Positions 1 to 9,660 of a DNA stretch of 20,000 nucleotides are shown here, piece by piece. The position numbers were made by a program, and so were the translations under genes. The notes under the pieces were generated by a model, which was given only the letters and a program-made list of their open reading frames with translations, made no database searches and was not told the DNA's origin. The first letter of the stretch is position 1. Every line of letters begins with the position of its first letter. This stretch comes from an uncultured virus (IMG/VR IMGVR_UViG_3300025174_000006) (lineage: Duplodnaviria > Heunggongvirae > Uroviricota > Caudoviricetes): the IMG/VR virus record IMGVR_UViG_3300025174_000006; one strand, written 5' to 3'.

Positions 1-1827
1 AAGCATAAATTTTTCAGGTTCCCCTCCCTCTCTTTTTTCGTCAATATCTTCTACTATGCATAACACATATTGAGAATTAGAAACTCTATTTACATATGAG
101 CCGGCACAATTTTTCATGTCCTGCGAAGCCTTAAGGAGTAATTCTGGTGTTCTTATCAATCTTACTTTTAAGTTTTTTTCATATTCTTCAAGAATTTTAT
201 ATTGTGAAACAAAACTTACAAATTCTTTATTTTTAGCATCATTAGAAAGTAAATTAAAATGGTCAATTAATTTATTATGATATTCTTCTAATTCCTCTAT
301 TTTTTTTATTTTGTGGAATTCTTTATTTGAATCCCAGTTGAGCGCTCTAATCATTCTAAGACTATCGTCGTAACTCGTCAAATCAAAACTCTTCAATAAA
401 GTATAATCTAAAGGTATTTTTGACAATTCTTCCTCATTTACTTCTTGAATTTGTTCTGTGTCTTTAATTAAAAATCTTTCTCTGGCATATTTCAATTCAG
501 TATTAGTTTTATTAAAAGAAAATAGTTTTTTTCTTTCTAAAGAACTTAAGGCCAACGAAATTATTTGATTAATTTTAAGCATATTCATATCTGCTCTAAA
601 TTCTAAGCTATACCATAAATTAACTAATAAATTAACATTATTTTTTTTAACAAGTTCTATAAGTTCATTAAATGAAATGAATTTAGTATATTTTATTAAA
701 ATTTTATAATCAGAAAATCTTTCTATTATATTAAAAACATATGGGGAAACACTTTTTTCTTTTATGTCTTCACGCAAAAATCTTTCACCATCTTTATTTT
801 TTCCTGTTTGATTTTCATTGTTGTTAAATCTGGAAGCATCAAACTTAAACGTTACCTCTCTTCCGCTTTCAGCCTTAAATACATAACCCATTTTTTCAGA
901 ATCATAAGCATCTAATTCTTTGCTTATTTCTTCGTTTTTATAATTTACAAGATAATTGAAAATTTTAAGAGGAGATGTTGCTCCATTATCTGATAACTCT
1001 TGTGGATTAGGAAGTTTGCAATCATTCATCATATCAAAAAGAAATATAGTTCCTTTTGTTAATGCTATTGTAGATAAGTTTGAATAGCAAATTATTCCAA
1101 AAAATATTGAGGCTACTTTTATAATAATGTCCAGTCCTGATTTACCGACCATTTGACTCATTAATTCATCTATTATATTTATGTTCTGTGAATCGGATAC
1201 AAAATTAGCCATTCTATTTATAAATAAATGAACATCAAATAATCGTTCAGTTGTCTTTACTTCTCCATAAAGAAAAAACTCTAAAACAATTGACATCACC
1301 CTATCAAGATTAAATTCAATTTCTTCCTTGCTGAAATCTTTAAAATAAAGTTTTTTGGCAGTTTTATCAAATTTTATCCAAGATAAACTTTCATTTAATT
1401 CTAAAGAAGGTTCATCTTTTGAAATGACGAAAGGCATTGACCTTTTTTTATCAAAATTTATTTTTGCTATAAATCTTTGTTTTATTAATTTAACATCATT
1501 TTCATCTTCATAAAAACAATATGACTCAAAAAATTGTTTTTCACATTCTTGAATAATTCCAGCCGTTTCCTTAGTTGAATAATCTGTATCGCATTTTTCG
1601 CATTTAAGAGAAAATCTGGCCATACTATTCTCATCGAATAAACCTGTAATATCACCTATATCAGCTCCTTCTTTTATACTTACTTTCATTTCTGAGGCTA
1701 CGACCTTTCTATCTTGTTTGATTAAATGGCCACATTTACAAAAAAATAAATCTGTATCATTTTTTGCGTCATCATAATGAAAAGTAAACTTATTTAATAT
1801 TTCTTCTTCTTTGATTAATTCTCTCAT
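1..1827 (-). CDS. PcfJ-like domain protein (partial, runs off window start, >=609 aa)
   Basis: Manually translated ORF from ATG at 1827 (MRELIKEEEILNKF...). C-terminal LLKASQDMKNCAGSYVNRV...YVLCIV resembles the PcfJ motif. Missing from the ORF track because it is truncated. Confidence 0.65.
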   Translation of the reverse strand, partial: MRELIKEEEILNKFTFHYDDAKNDTDLFFCKCGHLIKQDRKVVASEMKVSIKEGADIGDITGLFDENSMARFSLKCEKCDTDYSTKETAGIIQECEKQFFESYCFYEDENDVKLIKQRFIAKINFDKKRSMPFVISKDEPSLELNESLSWIKFDKTAKKLYFKDFSKEEIEFNLDRVMSIVLEFFLYGEVKTTERLFDVHLFINRMANFVSDSQNINIIDELMSQMVGKSGLDIIIKVASIFFGIICYSNLSTIALTKGTIFLFDMMNDCKLPNPQELSDNGATSPLKIFNYLVNYKNEEISKELDAYDSEKMGYVFKAESGREVTFKFDASRFNNNENQTGKNKDGERFLREDIKEKSVSPYVFNIIERFSDYKILIKYTKFISFNELIELVKKNNVNLLVNLWYSLEFRADMNMLKINQIISLALSSLERKKLFSFNKTNTELKYARERFLIKDTEQIQEVNEEELSKIPLDYTLLKSFDLTSYDDSLRMIRALNWDSNKEFHKIKKIEELEEYHNKLIDHFNLLSNDAKNKEFVSFVSQYKILEEYEKNLKVRLIRTPELLLKASQDMKNCAGSYVNRVSNSQYVLCIVEDIDEKREGGEPEKFML

Positions 1828-1853
1828 TTTTTGGATTGTTATTGTTCGCTTTT

Positions 1854-1861
1854 CAAATTTA
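1854..1861 (-). promoter_or_regulatory. Bacteroidota-type -7 promoter element (TAAATTTG)
   Basis: Matches TAnnTTTG, 27 nt upstream of ATG 1827. Confidence 0.4.
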
Positions 1862-1875
1862 AATCAAATAAAGTT

Positions 1876-1913
1876 AAAAAACAAAAATCCGGACAGTAAT
1901 ACCATCCGGATTT
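1876..1913 (-). terminator. Intrinsic terminator after the 265-aa gene
   Basis: AAATCCGGA...TCCGGATTT stem followed by a T-rich tract on the minus strand. Confidence 0.75.
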
Positions 1914-1932
1914 CTAAATAAAAATTATTTTT

Positions 1933-2730
1933 TTATAAATTTTTCAACTCTTCGTTTATTTTTTTAAGCTCTTCTTCTAACATAGATTTTTTTGCCATTT
2001 TACGAGCTTCTCTTCTGACTGTTTCGATTAATTCTTTTCTGGTATAGCTTTCTTTAAGTTCTACCTGAAGAGCTTCTTTAGGAGCATCTTTTGGCTCCCC
2101 ATCTTGATTGCTGTTACCTTGATCGGTTTCTATACCTTTCATAATAGGTGCTTCATCTTTTACAACAGGAGCCTTTTCTTTCACAACGGCTTTAGCTTGA
2201 CCAGCAGTAACACCTTTTCCACCTTTTGCAGCACCTGCCTCAACATATGTTTTTGTTTCTTTATCCGTAAGACCATCCATTGTATTCATTTCTTCTTTGT
2301 TTTTTTCAACAAATGGTGCAGAAACTTCTTTTTTTGGATTTTCTTTTTTGGATTCAAAAGTTGCGTTGTGTTGACCAGCAGTAACACCTTTTCCGCCTTT
2401 TTCTGTGCCGGCTTTTACACTGACAGCGGTAGCAGCTTTTTGGTCACTACCTAAATTTTTAGCAGTTGAATTTAGTTTCACATCTGCCGGAGCAACTGAT
2501 GGAGCTTTCCCTGTTTTAGATTCTGAATTTTTTGTGCTTTTAAAAACAAGAGCCTTATTAGAGTCTCCAAGACCATCATTTTTATTCATTTTTTGATCGA
2601 TTGGACTCCCGAGAGATTTAATCTTTGCAGGTTGTTCTTTTTCTTCTGATAATTGTTTTTGGATATTTTTTGCTTCTGCAAGAACCATTTTTTTAAAATC
2701 TTCTGCAGTGATTTTTTTTATATTTGCCAT
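1933..2730 (-). CDS. Low-complexity Lys/Ala/Gly-rich protein, possible prohead core or internal virion protein
   Basis: 265 aa, internal repeat KGGKGVTAGQ, helical termini with LxE motifs (QLSEE, ELKES), TATTTAT upstream. Confidence 0.55.
   Translation of the reverse strand: MANIKKITAEDFKKMVLAEAKNIQKQLSEEKEQPAKIKSLGSPIDQKMNKNDGLGDSNKALVFKSTKNSESKTGKAPSVAPADVKLNSTAKNLGSDQKAATAVSVKAGTEKGGKGVTAGQHNATFESKKENPKKEVSAPFVEKNKEEMNTMDGLTDKETKTYVEAGAAKGGKGVTAGQAKAVVKEKAPVVKDEAPIMKGIETDQGNSNQDGEPKDAPKEALQVELKESYTRKELIETVRREARKMAKKSMLEEELKKINEELKNL
2197..2394. repeat. 24-bp exact direct repeat inside the CDS (2197-2220, 2371-2394)
   Basis: ttgaccagcagtaacaccttttcc occurs twice and encodes GKGVTAGQ. Confidence 0.9.
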
Positions 2731-2790
2731 TTTTTCTATTGTTTTTTAGAATAAATAGCGTGAAAAAAGGAAAATCAAGAATTTAAAGTG

Positions 2791-3282
2791 TTATTTAATC
2801 CATGGAAAATCTTTTCTGAACAATACTTTTGTTTTTTCATTTCTGTTTAAATCACTTTCTGTTATTTCTTTAAAATATTCTTCGGCAGTTTTTTTAAGAA
2901 GGACTATTTTATGCGTATCTAAATCCTCTTTAATAAAAGCAGTACTTCTATTTCTTCTAAGTAATTCATATTGTTGATATATTGAATTAACTAAAACAGC
3001 CCAATTATTTTTAACTACTAAATCGAAATGCTTTAAAGCATGGCACGCTTCACACAAAAGAATAAACTCTGCAGTATCATGTTCAGTTCCATTCCACCAT
3101 TGTAAATGTGCTTGTAATGACTCTTTATCGCCATTAGTGTATCCACAACCAAGACATGTATCTGAGCCGTTTTCAAAAACATCTTTTATAATTTCATTAT
3201 ATTTTTCTCTGCCTCCAGGTAGTGATTTTAAAAATTCCTTTTCAGAAGGAGAAATTGACGGTATTAACTTAAAATGTTTCAT
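2791..3282 (-). CDS. HNH-like zinc-binding protein
   Basis: CLGC...AHL...LLCEACHALKH pattern; TATCTTTG element at 3301-3308. Confidence 0.55.
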   Translation of the reverse strand: MKHFKLIPSISPSEKEFLKSLPGGREKYNEIIKDVFENGSDTCLGCGYTNGDKESLQAHLQWWNGTEHDTAEFILLCEACHALKHFDLVVKNNWAVLVNSIYQQYELLRRNRSTAFIKEDLDTHKIVLLKKTAEEYFKEITESDLNRNEKTKVLFRKDFPWIK

Positions 3283-3316
3283 ATTTGGATATTAACCAAA
3301 CAAAGATAGTAAAATA

Positions 3317-3898
3317 TTAGCTTTTAACAAAACCAACCTTAATATTATTATTAACAAACATAAAATAACAATTTTTTCCAGAATGTTTTAAACCGGTTGC
3401 TCTATAATTGAAAAACTTAGCATCTTTTCCTGAATAATTTTCAACATAAGAATTAGCTATTTCTTCGTTTTTCATATTAAATTCAAACTCTTGTCTTGAT
3501 ATCGCTTTAATATTATCTTTGTTTTTAAGGCACATAAAATATGCGTAATTTTTATCGTCATATGAAGAATATGACCTTACCATAAGAAGCTTTCCTGATA
3601 TATCTAATTCTTCCGGCCTGAAATAAAATTGCTCAAGATGTTTTTCACATTTTTCTAAAATACCTACCATCATAGTAAATACCTCTGGAAGCTCTATTTT
3701 TCTCTCTTTCCATAAATTTTCAATATTTATAACCATATTATACGCTTCGTCGTTCTGACTAATCCCATAAGCAAAATGAGGGTCAAATTTTAGAGATTTT
3801 TCAAAAGCATGTATTCTGAAAACGTCAATTCTTTTTTCGTTTGATACTATAATAGTTCGTATAAGATTTTCTTTCATTTCATTTAAATATGCATCCAT
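3317..3898 (-). CDS. Hypothetical protein
   Basis: 193-aa ORF with TAATTTTG element immediately upstream (3903-3910). Confidence 0.7.
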   Translation of the reverse strand: MDAYLNEMKENLIRTIIVSNEKRIDVFRIHAFEKSLKFDPHFAYGISQNDEAYNMVINIENLWKERKIELPEVFTMMVGILEKCEKHLEQFYFRPEELDISGKLLMVRSYSSYDDKNYAYFMCLKNKDNIKAISRQEFEFNMKNEEIANSYVENYSGKDAKFFNYRATGLKHSGKNCYFMFVNNNIKVGFVKS

Positions 3899-3991
3899 AG
3901 TTCAAAATTAACATCAATTTTAAAATAGTGAACGGAAATTTGTTTTTTCTTAGTATTTATAAGAAAATATCTAAGATAAAATACATAAACA

Positions 3992-4513
3992 ATGGAAAAG
4001 AAAATCATAAAAATATCAGCAAAGCAACTTCAAACAATAATTTCCGAAGAAGCGTCAAGATATAAAAAAGTTTTAGAACTTAAAAGAAAACAAAAATCAA
4101 TTATATCCCAACTAAATGAAATGTATGAGGCTCAAGAACTTCAAGAGTTGATGGGTGGAGAAATTAATGTTGATGAGGGATTTAAAGAGATACTTCAAAA
4201 AGCTAAAAAAGCTATAGGAATGCAAACTCCAGAGGAAAAAAGAGAAGCAGCGTTAGCAAAAATAAATTCAAACAAAAATTTAAAGGCTAAATATGCAGAA
4301 GCATTATCGATAAGCTCAGAAAGAGGAGAAGCTTATATTAAGTATTGGGAAAAATGGCCAAATAGCAACGAAGGTGCAGAATGGGATGAAGCTCAAAAAA
4401 ATTATGTACCATTATCTGATGTTGGACTTTCTAATAGACCTTTAGCTCAAAGACTTGGAGCAGGAACAAGCTCTATGACTACTGGTGGCGGAGCTGGTGC
4501 TGTTAAAAAATAA
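3992..4513 (+). CDS. Hypothetical protein, putative virion internal protein
   Basis: 173 aa, N-terminal LQTIISEE helix, QLNE and VDEG motifs, TATTTAT at 3954-3960. Confidence 0.65.
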   Translation: MEKKIIKISAKQLQTIISEEASRYKKVLELKRKQKSIISQLNEMYEAQELQELMGGEINVDEGFKEILQKAKKAIGMQTPEEKREAALAKINSNKNLKAKYAEALSISSERGEAYIKYWEKWPNSNEGAEWDEAQKNYVPLSDVGLSNRPLAQRLGAGTSSMTTGGGAGAVKK

Positions 4514-4534
4514 ACATATAAATATTTAAACATT

Positions 4535-4560
4535 AGAAAAGACTCCTCGGAGTCTTTTCT
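4535..4560. terminator. Bidirectional intrinsic terminator
   Basis: AGAAAAGACTCC-TC-GGAGTCTTTTCT inverted repeat between convergent genes. Confidence 0.85.
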
Positions 4561-4563
4561 GTT

Positions 4564-4992
4564 TTAAGTAAGTGCTAATATTTTTTTATCTATTTCTGTT
4601 AATGAAGAAATTCCTTTTTCACTTATTTTATCCAATACAGCATCTGAATTGAGATTTTCTCTAATAAATGAAGTTGTCAAGTAATTTAAATAATCTTTTT
4701 TCGATTCTCCAGATATTTCTAATGAATTACCAAATAAAACAAACTTTGTGATGTCTTCATAGGAAAAATTAATTTCACATCTCAAATATTCGGTAAATAA
4801 TTTTTCAATTGTCGAATCATCAACAACTGCATACATTGCTTCAAATCCTTCTTTTGTAGTAAATTCAATACATTCAAAAGAATTATATAACTCACATAAT
4901 TCCACTACATAAGAATCTTCAAGTTTTCCAACAATTGTTTCCATTTGTTTAACTGTGTGTTTTGTTATTACTTTAATGAATTTCATAATCAT
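4564..4992 (-). CDS. Hypothetical protein
   Basis: 142 aa with a C-terminal DAVLDKISEKGISSLTEIDKKIL helical motif. Confidence 0.7.
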   Translation of the reverse strand: MIMKFIKVITKHTVKQMETIVGKLEDSYVVELCELYNSFECIEFTTKEGFEAMYAVVDDSTIEKLFTEYLRCEINFSYEDITKFVLFGNSLEISGESKKDYLNYLTTSFIRENLNSDAVLDKISEKGISSLTEIDKKILALT

Positions 4993-5063
4993 TAGTTTTT
5001 AATAAATACTAATCCTTTCCTATTAAAACGAATTTTAGCACAATTTGTTGCAAAATTTTAAAT

Positions 5064-5330
5064 TTAAGAGAATATCATTCTCGTATTTGATTGGAAAATA
5101 CAATAATAATCTCCATCTTCGTATTTTGTATTCCAAATACCATTTTTTGTTTTTTCATCCCACTCAGCAACAGCTTCTTGTTTTGATACATTTTTTGTTA
5201 TATCAATCCATAAATTATCAAATCTGTCATATAGCCTTACAATATATTCTTCTTTTTCTTCTAAAGAATCAATAATTCGATGACGTTCTAATATTCTTTG
5301 ATTCTTTTCATACTTTGTTCTTTTGCTCAT
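5064..5330 (-). CDS. Hypothetical protein
   Basis: 88-aa ORF directly downstream of the adenine methyltransferase. Confidence 0.65.
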   Translation of the reverse strand: MSKRTKYEKNQRILERHRIIDSLEEKEEYIVRLYDRFDNLWIDITKNVSKQEAVAEWDEKTKNGIWNTKYEDGDYYCIFQSNTRMIFS

Positions 5331-5331
5331 A

Positions 5332-5988
5332 TTATTTACAGTTTTTTAAATAAACACATTCCATATGTTTTTTATTAGTTCCCATCATCTCTTTTAATGA
5401 TTTAAAATTTAACCATTTATCATTTTGATTACCACAAACTATAACCTGTGTATCTAAAGAATTTATTATATTTTTAAGCTTATCATAATCAACTTTCCAA
5501 TATGTGTATTTGTGAGATTGAACGGAATAAGGTGGGTCTATAAAATATGTGAAATTTTCATTTACTGGCATGGTCATAGCATCCTTTTGATAAATTTTCC
5601 AATGTTTTATTTTATATACTTCGCCTGCAATCCTTTTTCTATCTTTTTCCCACGTACTCCTTACGCTCATTATGTTATTTGGTCGCGCCGCTCCCCTATT
5701 TCCTTGATAACCTATTAACCACCTTTCTTCATTACTTAAACTTTTTATGGTTCGTAAATCAAAACCAGGAGGAGCATCTGGTAAATTTAAAATATCATTT
5801 GCAGTTGCACCTTGCAAATATTTCCAGATTTTAAAAACTTTATCATATGTTTCATAAAGAATTACATTTTTTTCAAAATATTCTAATGAATATCTTGCAA
5901 ATCCAGCAAATGGCTCTATAATAGTGTCTTTTTCTGGAGCTGGATAACATCCTTTGACTTTCGATTTGGTACCGTAATAGCTAATCAT
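5332..5988 (-). CDS. DNA N6-adenine methyltransferase (D12/Dam-like)
   Basis: YYGTK, EPFAG (SAM-binding) and DPPY (catalytic) motifs; TATTTTTG element at 6014-6021. Confidence 0.85.
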   Translation of the reverse strand: MISYYGTKSKVKGCYPAPEKDTIIEPFAGFARYSLEYFEKNVILYETYDKVFKIWKYLQGATANDILNLPDAPPGFDLRTIKSLSNEERWLIGYQGNRGAARPNNIMSVRSTWEKDRKRIAGEVYKIKHWKIYQKDAMTMPVNENFTYFIDPPYSVQSHKYTYWKVDYDKLKNIINSLDTQVIVCGNQNDKWLNFKSLKEMMGTNKKHMECVYLKNCK

Positions 5989-6076
5989 GTTTTTATGTTT
6001 TTAATTGTTTATGCAAAAATACTATTTTTTTATTAACATTGTTGTTTGCTGGATATTTTTTAATTAAAATTGCACT

Positions 6077-6862
6077 ATGGAAAATAATGTTACAAAAATA
6101 GAAAAAGAAGGCGTTTCATATATATGTGCCCCTGATTTAAAAAAACAACATATTAACAAATTCATAAGCTTCACTCCGTTTGAGATAGAAAGATGCGCTC
6201 AATTTTCTATTGATATGATGAACAATAAGAACAAACCCAGAGGAAAACACGCAAAAGAAAACAGGCAAAGAGATGATGAAGAATATCTTTTCAACTGGTT
6301 TATTGGCTCATTGGGAGAAGTTGCAACCTATAACAAAGCATTAAAATCAACAATAGATTGTTCTCCAGTTGATTTAACAATGATTGAAGGTTTTGATAAT
6401 CAAGATTTTATATTTTTTGATAAATTTCCGATAAGCGTAAAATCGACTAAGCATTATGGAGGAAACATGTTATTAGAAGACGATAAATATGATTTAGACG
6501 CACTTTATTTGCATAGTGAAGGTGGTAAAACTACTCCTTTGGAAGTAACTGCATTTATAGGCGTTGCAGTTGGATTAGATAAATATAGATTTGATGAAGG
6601 TCTTAAAAAAGAAGATTACAAAAAATTTCTAATGTCATTAAACCCAAAATATCACATTTATGGTTTTTTAGGAAAAAATGATTTAAAAAAAGAAAAGGAA
6701 AAAGGGAATCTTTTTTTAAAACACACAATAATAAGCGGAAAAACAAAAATGGAAGAAAATAATGTTGTTATACGTTTAGATGCATTAAGACCATTTGAAG
6801 GGCTCATAAAATTAAAAGAAAAAATTTTAAAAGAAAAAAATGAAGAAATTGAAATTAGGTAG
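6077..6862 (+). CDS. Putative PD-(D/E)XK nuclease, restriction-endonuclease-like
   Basis: GSLGEVA...GFDNQDF...ISVKST motif order; overlaps the start of the C5 methyltransferase. Confidence 0.55.
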   Translation: MENNVTKIEKEGVSYICAPDLKKQHINKFISFTPFEIERCAQFSIDMMNNKNKPRGKHAKENRQRDDEEYLFNWFIGSLGEVATYNKALKSTIDCSPVDLTMIEGFDNQDFIFFDKFPISVKSTKHYGGNMLLEDDKYDLDALYLHSEGGKTTPLEVTAFIGVAVGLDKYRFDEGLKKEDYKKFLMSLNPKYHIYGFLGKNDLKKEKEKGNLFLKHTIISGKTKMEENNVVIRLDALRPFEGLIKLKEKILKEKNEEIEIR

Positions 6863-7781
6863 TCTATACTCTGGAGTAGAAGGGATAGGGTTAGGATTTG
6901 AACAGGCTGGTTCAGAAACTTTATGGGCAAATGAAATGGATGCGAACGCATGCAAAACAATAATGGCTAATTTCAACAACAAAGTATATGAATGTAAAGT
7001 TGAAGAATTAAAACCAGATTCTTTGGTGCCAGTTGATATTTTAACTGCAGGTTTTCCATGCCAGAGCTTCAGTATTGCTGGATATCAAAAAGGGTTTGAA
7101 GATGAAAGGGGACATCATTTTTTTGAAGTTATTCGATTAGCAAAAATAATTAAACCAAAAGTAATATTTCTTGAAAATGTTAAAAACCTTAAATCACACG
7201 ACAAAGGTAAAACATTTCAAATAATGTGCGATACACTTACTAATATTGGTTATAATTTTAAATACGATATTTTAAATACATACGAATATGGAAATATTCC
7301 ACAAAACAGAGAGCGAATTTATATAGTCTGTTTTAGAAATGATTTAGATATAACAAAATTTGAATTTCCAAATAAAATACCTTTAACCTTATCTTTTGAA
7401 GAGTTATTAGAAAATAATGTAGATGAAAAATTTTATTATAGAGAAGATAAATACAACTACACACAATTAGCAGAAACAATGACCAAAACAGATACTGTTT
7501 ATCAATGGAGAAGAGTCTATGCTAGGGAGAACAAAAAAGGATTATGTCCAACGTTAACCGCAAACATGGGAACTGGAGGTCACAATGTTCCGCTTATTTT
7601 AACAAAAGAAGGAATAAGAAAATTAACTCCAAGAGAATGTTTTAATTTACAAGGTTTTCCGTTGAATTTTATTTTACCAGATAAAATGTCTAATGCTCAA
7701 TTGTACAAGCAGGCAGGAAATAGCGTAAGTGTTCCAGTAATCAAAAGAATAGCTGAAAACATATTAAATGCATTGAATTAA
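6840..7781 (+). CDS. DNA cytosine-5 methyltransferase
   Basis: GFPCQ, ENV, QNRERIY and YKQAGNSV motifs. TRD YQWRR..RENK..CPTLTANMGTGGHNVP resembles M.Bsp6I (GCNGC), from memory. Confidence 0.93.
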   Translation: MKKLKLGSLYSGVEGIGLGFEQAGSETLWANEMDANACKTIMANFNNKVYECKVEELKPDSLVPVDILTAGFPCQSFSIAGYQKGFEDERGHHFFEVIRLAKIIKPKVIFLENVKNLKSHDKGKTFQIMCDTLTNIGYNFKYDILNTYEYGNIPQNRERIYIVCFRNDLDITKFEFPNKIPLTLSFEELLENNVDEKFYYREDKYNYTQLAETMTKTDTVYQWRRVYARENKKGLCPTLTANMGTGGHNVPLILTKEGIRKLTPRECFNLQGFPLNFILPDKMSNAQLYKQAGNSVSVPVIKRIAENILNALN

Positions 7782-8023
7782 TATTCAATTTCTCCTGATT
7801 TATAAACCGTGAATGTTGTTGAAATATACTGTATCGGTTTTGTGACTTTAACATTAATATACATTACGCCTTTATTTTTTTCTGGATATTTTTCAAATAT
7901 TACAAATCTGGTGTTTTCATCATGATTAGCGAAATGCATTTCATCAATTTTGTAATCACCCGTAGCTAATAGTTCAACAATTTTGCCAACAGAATTTAAT
8001 GATTCATCATTATTTTTTTTCAT
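7778..8023 (-). CDS. Small protein with a tail-sheath C-terminus-like segment
   Basis: TRFVIFEKY motif, then MYINVKVTKPIQYISTTFTVYKSG, resembling the C-terminus of T4 gp18-type sheath proteins. Confidence 0.55.
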   Translation of the reverse strand: MKKNNDESLNSVGKIVELLATGDYKIDEMHFANHDENTRFVIFEKYPEKNKGVMYINVKVTKPIQYISTTFTVYKSGEIEY

Positions 8024-8271
8024 GATTTCATATTTTTAAACATTAAGCTTTCCATTGAGACTTGAAATTCTGTTTCAAATACAGGACTAGCCACTAAATC
8101 ATAAGAAAATAATGAAATATCTATTTCACTTGTATAAATTCCAGGATTTACAAACATTTTAGGACTAGCCCACCAAATAGGAACGTTTCCATAACAATCA
8201 AATTTGGGAGTATAATAACGTCTACCAAAGTATTTTTCAATTATAACAAATCTTGTAAATATGTTTTCCAT
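8020..8271 (-). CDS. Small protein with a tail-sheath N-terminus-like segment
   Basis: TRFVIIEKY motif; FVNPGIYTSEIDIS resembles the sheath N-terminal PGVYxxEiDxS motif. Confidence 0.55.
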   Translation of the reverse strand: MENIFTRFVIIEKYFGRRYYTPKFDCYGNVPIWWASPKMFVNPGIYTSEIDISLFSYDLVASPVFETEFQVSMESLMFKNMKS

Positions 8272-8277
8272 TATTTA

Positions 8278-9096
8278 TTACAAATTTCTATTTCTACCAT
8301 CAAATATCATCATCATCTCTGTAGAACCGCTTCTTACTGGGATAAAATAATCATTTTCAAATACTATGCTATTTAAACTAGTTGAGCCTGATACATTATT
8401 GTTCCACCGATTAACTTTTGGTTTATATTTTTCAAAAAGAACAATTCTTGAATAAACATCTTCTCTTTCAAATGTGTAATCAAAATAATTTAACATTCCA
8501 GTAGATGCTGATAATGGTTGAACCGGGACGAGATCAAGAGCTATAGTTTGTGCAAAAACTTGCCTTATCATAGGAAATACTATTCCGTCAAAATTTGTTT
8601 CTTCCTTTTTTTTCTTGAATATTTTATTCCAGATAGAAACAAAAAATGATTTTATTTTTAAGAATATCTTTTTCCATTTAGAATCAAAACTTCTACTACT
8701 AACACCAATAATAGAAGATGAAAATTTACGTATTAAATCATTAGTTTCTTTTGTAGTTAATTTTCCAACCGGAACTGTATATGTTCTTTGTATCGGACTA
8801 TTAACATCATTTATAAAACAAGATGCTTGATTTTCATATAATTGAACAATATTACTTTTTTGATAACCGTGTAAACCATCAAGGAATCCTGAGTTTTTCC
8901 AATTTTTATAAATAATCTTTCTTTGATTTTCTAAATCTATGGATTTGTTGTGTTTTTCAAAGAGAACTTCTCTGGTTTCAGAACTGCTTTCTTCTTCTAC
9001 TTTTTTGGTTTCATTTACGAGATTTGTCCAATTACTAATAACATTGAACACAGAATTATCTCTTTCGGTTATTTTTATATCTAAAGGCATGTGCAA
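8278..9096 (-). CDS. Mosaic protein with major-capsid (gp23, Gol-like) and portal (gp20)-like fragments
   Basis: WKNSGFLDGL..LYENQA and FPMIRQVFAQTIALDLVPVQPLSASTG are capsid-like; RTYTVPVGKL and ENDYFIPVRSGSTE are portal-like; also carries SRIVLFEKY. Confidence 0.6.
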   Translation of the reverse strand: MHMPLDIKITERDNSVFNVISNWTNLVNETKKVEEESSSETREVLFEKHNKSIDLENQRKIIYKNWKNSGFLDGLHGYQKSNIVQLYENQASCFINDVNSPIQRTYTVPVGKLTTKETNDLIRKFSSSIIGVSSRSFDSKWKKIFLKIKSFFVSIWNKIFKKKKEETNFDGIVFPMIRQVFAQTIALDLVPVQPLSASTGMLNYFDYTFEREDVYSRIVLFEKYKPKVNRWNNNVSGSTSLNSIVFENDYFIPVRSGSTEMMMIFDGRNRNL

Positions 9097-9143
9097 TTTT
9101 AACTTATATTTTTGTTAAAATCAATTTTTTAGTTGCCTATTTT

Positions 9144-9623
9144 TTAGTCACCTTTTGTAGAAATGTTTTTTTCTTGGTTTCTGGTAAGTTCGTTTTCTAC
9201 ACCTATAGATATGCTTCTAAAAGATTCTGGCGATTTTTCAATAATTTTTAAAATACTTTCAAAATCAAATCTTTGAGCCGAAAATTGTTTTGGCTTATTT
9301 AAACTTCCACCAACGTCAACTTTCCATACATACCATTTTGTATCTGGCTCTGTGTATATTACTTTGGATTTTTCCCAATTCTGAATAGCTTCTTCTCCTG
9401 TGTTTGAAACTGAACTTGATGGCCAGGAACTTGGGATATTAATACTTTTTTTAATTTCGTAAACTTCTGGCTTATTGCTATAATGAACCAAATCAATTAA
9501 TTTCAACAAAAAATAGTTCATTTCTTCAGTAGAATATTCTCCTGGTTTTGATACAGTTTTAAATGAATTACTGTCGTATAATTCAAAAAGATGCTTTCTA
9601 ATTAATTTTCTTAATTGTTCCAT
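9144..9623 (-). CDS. Hypothetical protein, putative virion internal protein
   Basis: N-terminal LRKLIRKHLFE helix; TATTTAT at 9629-9635 (minus). Confidence 0.65.
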   Translation of the reverse strand: MEQLRKLIRKHLFELYDSNSFKTVSKPGEYSTEEMNYFLLKLIDLVHYSNKPEVYEIKKSINIPSSWPSSSVSNTGEEAIQNWEKSKVIYTEPDTKWYVWKVDVGGSLNKPKQFSAQRFDFESILKIIEKSPESFRSISIGVENELTRNQEKNISTKGD

Positions 9624-9660
9624 TAATGATAAATAGATTTAAAATTCTATTTATCTTTGT

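Noticed and set aside
2104..2596. Plus-strand ORFs 2104-2454 and 2405-2596
   Set aside because: Antisense shadows of the 265-aa gene. The same applies to 5045, 5512, 6658, 8615, 10445, 16985, 18142 and 18243.
8278..9096. True major capsid protein gene
   Set aside because: Only short N-terminal gp23-like segments mixed with unrelated sequence; too short for the full fold.
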